Shown one piece after another: positions 59,586 to 63,856 of a stretch of DNA of 63,856 nucleotides. How positions within the stretch are numbered: the first letter of the stretch is position 1; each line of letters begins with the position of its first letter. This DNA is from an uncultured delta proteobacterium. Lineage in GTDB: Bacteria > Desulfobacterota > RBG-13-43-22. A model generated the notes under the pieces. That model did not search any database. It saw only the letters and a list, made by a program, of their open reading frames with translations, and was not told where the DNA came from. A program made the translations under genes and the position numbers. The DNA is taken from contig CAVUPH010000036.1 in NCBI GenBank assembly GCA_963743305.1, positions 1 through 63,856 of the forward strand. The letters are read 5' to 3'.

Positions 59586-60831
59586 ATGAAAAAGCTTATG
59601 CAGGCAAATGGTAATTGGGTTGAGGGAGATCGTTTTTGGGACAGGGAAAATGATATCGAGCTTCTGATAGAGAAGCTTGATGAAGGGGCTCATATTCTCC
59701 TGGTTGCCCAGAGACGAATGGGTAAAACGAGCCTCATGAAAGAAATCAAAAGACAACTGAATGATCGTTATACCTGCCTGTTTGTGGACCTACAAAAAGC
59801 CTCCTCTGCAGAAGACGCCATAGTCGAAATAAGTCTTGCCCTCAAACCTTACGATTCTCTCTGGAACAAGACAAAAGATCTGTTTTCAAATGCGTTGACA
59901 AGCTTGCCGGAAGGATAGAGGAACTGAACCTTGGAGAAATCGGCATCAAACTGCGGGCTGGACTCACCTCCGGAAACTGGGGCGAAAAGGGAGATTCCCT
60001 CTTTTCAATTCTTGCCGGTTCGGAAAGGCCTGTTTTGCTGCTGATTGATGAAGTCCCTCTCATGGTAAACCGTATGCTCAAGGGGGAAGATTTCAGGATT
60101 ACTGCTGAAAGAAAAGCCAGGGTGGATGAATTCATGTCCTGGCTTCGAAAAAACAGCCTTGCGCATCAGGGGAAAATAAGGATTGTTCTTTCGGGCAGCA
60201 TCGGGTTTGAGCCGATACTCCGTCAGGCCGGTCTCAGCGCGACGATTAACAATTTTCATCCTTTCGATCTGAAGCCCTGGGACGAGACAACCGCCATCGG
60301 ATGCTTCAGGCTCTTGCCGCAGAATACGGCATTCAGTTCAAAAACGATGCGGAAGCGGCAATGGTAAAGAGGCTGGGGTGCTGCATTCCCCATCATGTCC
60401 AGATGTTTTTCGCCCATGTATACGACAGGTGTAAACGAAGAAAGAGGATGGAGTTTTATTCCGACGAAGTGAACGACATCTACGAAAGCGAAATGCTCGG
60501 CATACGGGGCCATGCGGAACTCACCCATTATGAAGACCGGTTGAAGCTCGTTCTCGGTCCGGAACTTTTTACGCTAGCGCTCGAAATGCTTACCGAGACC
60601 GCAGTGAAGGGATGTCTTACACGGGAGTCACTTTCGGCCCTTCAAAAGGGTTATGAGTTTGACGGAGAGAAGTGTTGTGAACGCCTCGGAGGAAATCCTG
60701 CGGGTGCTTGAACATGATGGATATATCAAGGCAGGCAAAGAAGGATATATTTTTGAATCGTATCTTCTAAGGATTGGTGGGAAAAAAGATACGGCTTCTT
60801 TTATGTGCCTGTCATTGAAAGGGGGATTTAA
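59586..60831 (+). CDS. P-loop ATPase (archaeal-ATPase/STAND-like), about 415 aa, interrupted by about 4 apparent frameshifts
   Basis: RBS GGAGG; F.DRE, Walker A AQRRMGKTS, Walker B LLIDEV, LSGSIG, IPHHVQ, C-terminal L..DWW; assembled from ORFs 59571, 60035, 60301 and 60653. Confidence 0.75.
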
Positions 60832-60834
60832 GCA

Positions 60835-63800
60835 ATGGCAAAACGGTTCATGAAATATAATCCGTCCTTTCTTACCGAGGAAGAACTTATCGAAAGTTTT
60901 GTGGTCCGCCATGCCGATCTGGAATTGATCATCAGGATAATAAGCGACAATGTGACAGACTCAAACCAGCACGTGCTGGTCATAGGCCCGCGAGGCAGCG
61001 GTAAAACGACTCTTGTGCTTCGAGTCGCAGCCGAAATCGAAAGGAATAAAGAACTGAGCAACCGTTGGTATCCCTTGATCTTCTCGGAAGAAAGCTATGA
61101 AGTGGTATCAGCCGGTGAGTTCTGGCTTGAAGCGTTGTTTCATCTGTCGGAACAGACGGAGATGAAAAATGGAAACGGACTTATGCTGAACTTCAAAAAT
61201 CAATCGATGACAAAGGCTTGGAGAACGTGCACTTGGCAGATTCTGGACTTTGCTGACAGTCAGGGCAAGAGGATTCTTTTGATTGTCGAAAATCTCAATA
61301 TGCTGTTCAGCGACCTGACAAGCGAAGACGAAGCGTGGAAGATGCGGCATACACTGATCAATGAACCGAGACTGATGCTGCTGGCCACAGCCACAAGCGC
61401 AGTTGAGGACATGGAAAACCCTTCGCATGCGATGTTCGAGATGTTCAAGATGCAGGAACTAAAACCCCTTGATGACGATGAATGCAATACTGTTTGGGAA
61501 TTGATTACAGGACAAAAACTTATCGGTGAACAGATCAGACCGATAAGGATATTGACCGGCGGCAATCCCCGCCTGATTACCATTATCGCCAAGTTTGGAT
61601 CACATCGCTCATTCAGACAACTTCTTGATGACCTTGTGGACTTGATTGACGATCACACGGACTATTTCAAGAGCCATCTCGACAATCTGCCGGCAATCGA
61701 AAGAAAGGTTTACCTGGCCCTTTCCGGATTGTGGACTCCTTCAACTGCACGTGACATAGCCAGGGCCGCCAGATTGGATGTCAACAAGACGAGTTCCTTG
61801 CTGAACAGGCTTACGAGGCGGGGGGATGTAGTTGTCGAGTCACAGGGCAAGAAGACCAAATGGTACAGGATTGCGGAACGGATGTACAACATCTACTACC
61901 TTATGCGGCGGCGCGGCAAGCCAGCCGACCGTGTCAAGGCTGCGGTGAAATTCATGGTCAGCATGTATGATCCCGAATCGCCGCTGGCTGATAACCGAGG
62001 AGGCATGCCGGCCTTTCGCCGGAACTCTGCCGTGACCATTACCTTGCCTATGAAGAGACGATAAAAGAAGTCCCGGATCGTCAACTCCTTGAGAGAATCA
62101 TTGCTTCCACGCCGAAGAGTTTTTTTGAATCGCCCTATCTTAGTGAAGCATTGAGAAACTTCATGACAGTTGACAAAAGAACGGTGACGAACGAGGAATG
62201 CGAACGATGAAGGAGATATCGAACTTAAGGAAGCAAGAGAATTAAACGAGAAAGGTGTCAAGCTCGGATTGAATGGAAATCACGAGCAAGCATTCAAAAT
62301 ATTTGATGAGCTAATTACAAAATTCGAAAGCTCAGATAAAACAGAACTTATAGTTGAGGTGGCGATCGCCATGGTCTACAAAGGAGCTAGTCTCGTCGAA
62401 CTCAACCGCACGGAAGAGGCGATTCAGGTATACGATGAAGTCGCAGCCATATACAAAGACCGGTCCGAACCTCAGATCGCTGAACAGGTGGCGATGGCCA
62501 TGTTCTACAAAGGAGTTAGTCTCGGTCGCACTCAACCGCACGGAAGAGGCGATTCAGGTTTACGATGAAGTGGTAGCCAGATACAAAGACCGGCCCGAAC
62601 TCAGATCGCTGAACAGGTGGCAATGGCCTGGTCAACAAAGGAGTTAGTCTCGGCGCCTCAACCGTACGGAAGAGGCGATTCAGGTTTACGATGAAGTGGT
62701 GGCCAGATACAAAGACCGGCCCGAACCTCAGATCGCTGAACAGGTGGTAAGGGCCATGGTCAACAAAGGAGTTAGTCTCGGCGCACTCAACCGCTGGAAG
62801 AGGCGATTCAGGTTTACGATGAAGTGGCGGCCATGTACAAAGATCGGCCCGAACCTCAGATCGCTGAAAAGGTAGCAGCGCAATGTCAACAAAGGAGTTA
62901 GTCTCGGCGAACTAACCGTCGGAAGAGGCGATTCAGGTTTACGATGAAGTTGCGGCCATACAAAGACCGGACCGAACCTCAGATCGCTGAACAGGTGGCA
63001 CTGGCATGTTCTCCAAAGGACGTATCTCGGCGACTCAACCGTATGAAGAGGCGATTCAGGTTTACGATGAACTGGCAGCAATACAAAGATCGGCCCGAAC
63101 CTCAGATCGCTGAACAGGTGGCAGAGGCCATGGTCAACAAAGGAGTTAGTCTCGGCGCCCTCAACCGCTCGGATGAGGCGATTCAGGTTTACGATGAAGT
63201 GGTGGCCAGATACAAAGACCGGCCCGAACCTCAGATCGCTGAAAAGGTAGCAATGGCCATGGTCAACAAAGGAGTTATTCTTGAAATGCTTGAAAGATAT
63301 GAAGAAGCTGAAAAAGCTCTACTTAAGGCAATTGAATTAAGGCCTGACTTAACTGTGGCTTACTTACATTGATAGAATTGTTGCTAAAGATGCCGGAAAG
63401 GCGGGAGGACGCCCTGCAAACAGCCGAAGAAATTGTCCGCAGAAAACCGGAAGACTCAAAATTACTGAACTGTGTTTCGTGGACATTTTATAAACAGAGT
63501 GATTTGTCACTGTTGCGGAAGGCTGAAGAATGGGCGCGGCAGGCGGTTTCCATATCGCCGGATAATTCAAACATTCACCATACATTAGCCTGCATATTGA
63601 GCGTTCTCGGCAACGGAGGCGAAGCTCTGGAGTCGGCCAAAAGATATATTCAGGATACAGCTTTGGTCGAAGAATCAATCGAAGATGCAATAGAGCTTTT
63701 TGTGGAACTTGCAGCATCAGGGCATGCAAAGGAAGCGCTTGGCATACTCGTCAATTCGGCTGCCGAAAAGCATCTCGAACCTCTCGTAGTCGGGCTAAAG

Positions 63801-63856
63801 CTGTATATAGGGGAAGATGTGAAGACAGCTGTCGAAATATTGGAAGTTGCGAAAGA
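60835..63856 (+). CDS. STAND-like NTPase + winged helix + TPR-repeat protein, multiply frameshifted, runs off the window end
   Basis: GPRGSGKTT, LLIVENLN, LTGGNPRL (GxP), TARDIARAARLD..KTSSLLNRL wHTH, then TPRs 'A.AMVNKGVSLGALNR.EEAIQVYDEVV'. Confidence 0.75.
62360..63300 (+). repeat. About 7 near-identical tandem repeats, nominal period 129 bp (43-aa TPR units)
   Basis: GA(A/T)GAGGCGATTCAGGT at 62413, 62543, 62669, 62797, 62922, 63045 and 63172. Confidence 0.9.

Noticed and set aside
62360-63300. CRISPR array or DGR template/variable repeats
   Set aside because: Units are contiguous coding repeats without unique spacers. There are no cas or reverse transcriptase genes, and the variation is not evidently adenine-specific.

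Overview
A mostly chromosomal, GC-rich window from an anaerobic bacterium; gene content suggests Desulfobacterota/'Deltaproteobacteria' (inference). At least seven genes carry single-base indels, mostly at homopolymers, with the highest density in the last 4.3 kb. This pattern fits long-read consensus errors better than true pseudogenes. Core genes: queH, sucCD, paaK, hppA, rpmH-rnpA-yidD-yidC-jag-mnmE-rsmG (no adjacent dnaA, no mnmG), malic enzyme and dinB. Accessory highlights: (1) a CoA-disulfide-reductase-family flavoprotein whose catalytic Cys codon is an in-frame TGA followed by a SECIS-like hairpin, so probably a selenoprotein; (2) a secreted Cys-rich thaumatin/PR-5-like protein; (3) two unrelated secreted proteins ending in the same (F/Y)LPL(I/V)L(K/R) tail, a candidate C-terminal sorting signal; (4) a ketosynthase-less FabG/ACP/thioesterase/MacB-LolA-type locus, divergent from an ATP-grasp and radical SAM operon, whose junction holds three copies of one repeat in +/-/+ orientation (possible nested invertible DNA); (5) a degenerate chemoreceptor plus REC-CheW pair; (6) a lower-GC tandem P-loop ATPase plus STAND-like NTPase-wHTH-TPR locus with near-identical ~129-bp repeats, variable residues and a triple palindromic operator, a candidate defence/conflict system that runs off the window end. 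Several REP/MITE-like elements are also present. No rRNA, tRNA, CRISPR array, transposase or recombinase was recognised. All family assignments come from motif reading, not database searches.
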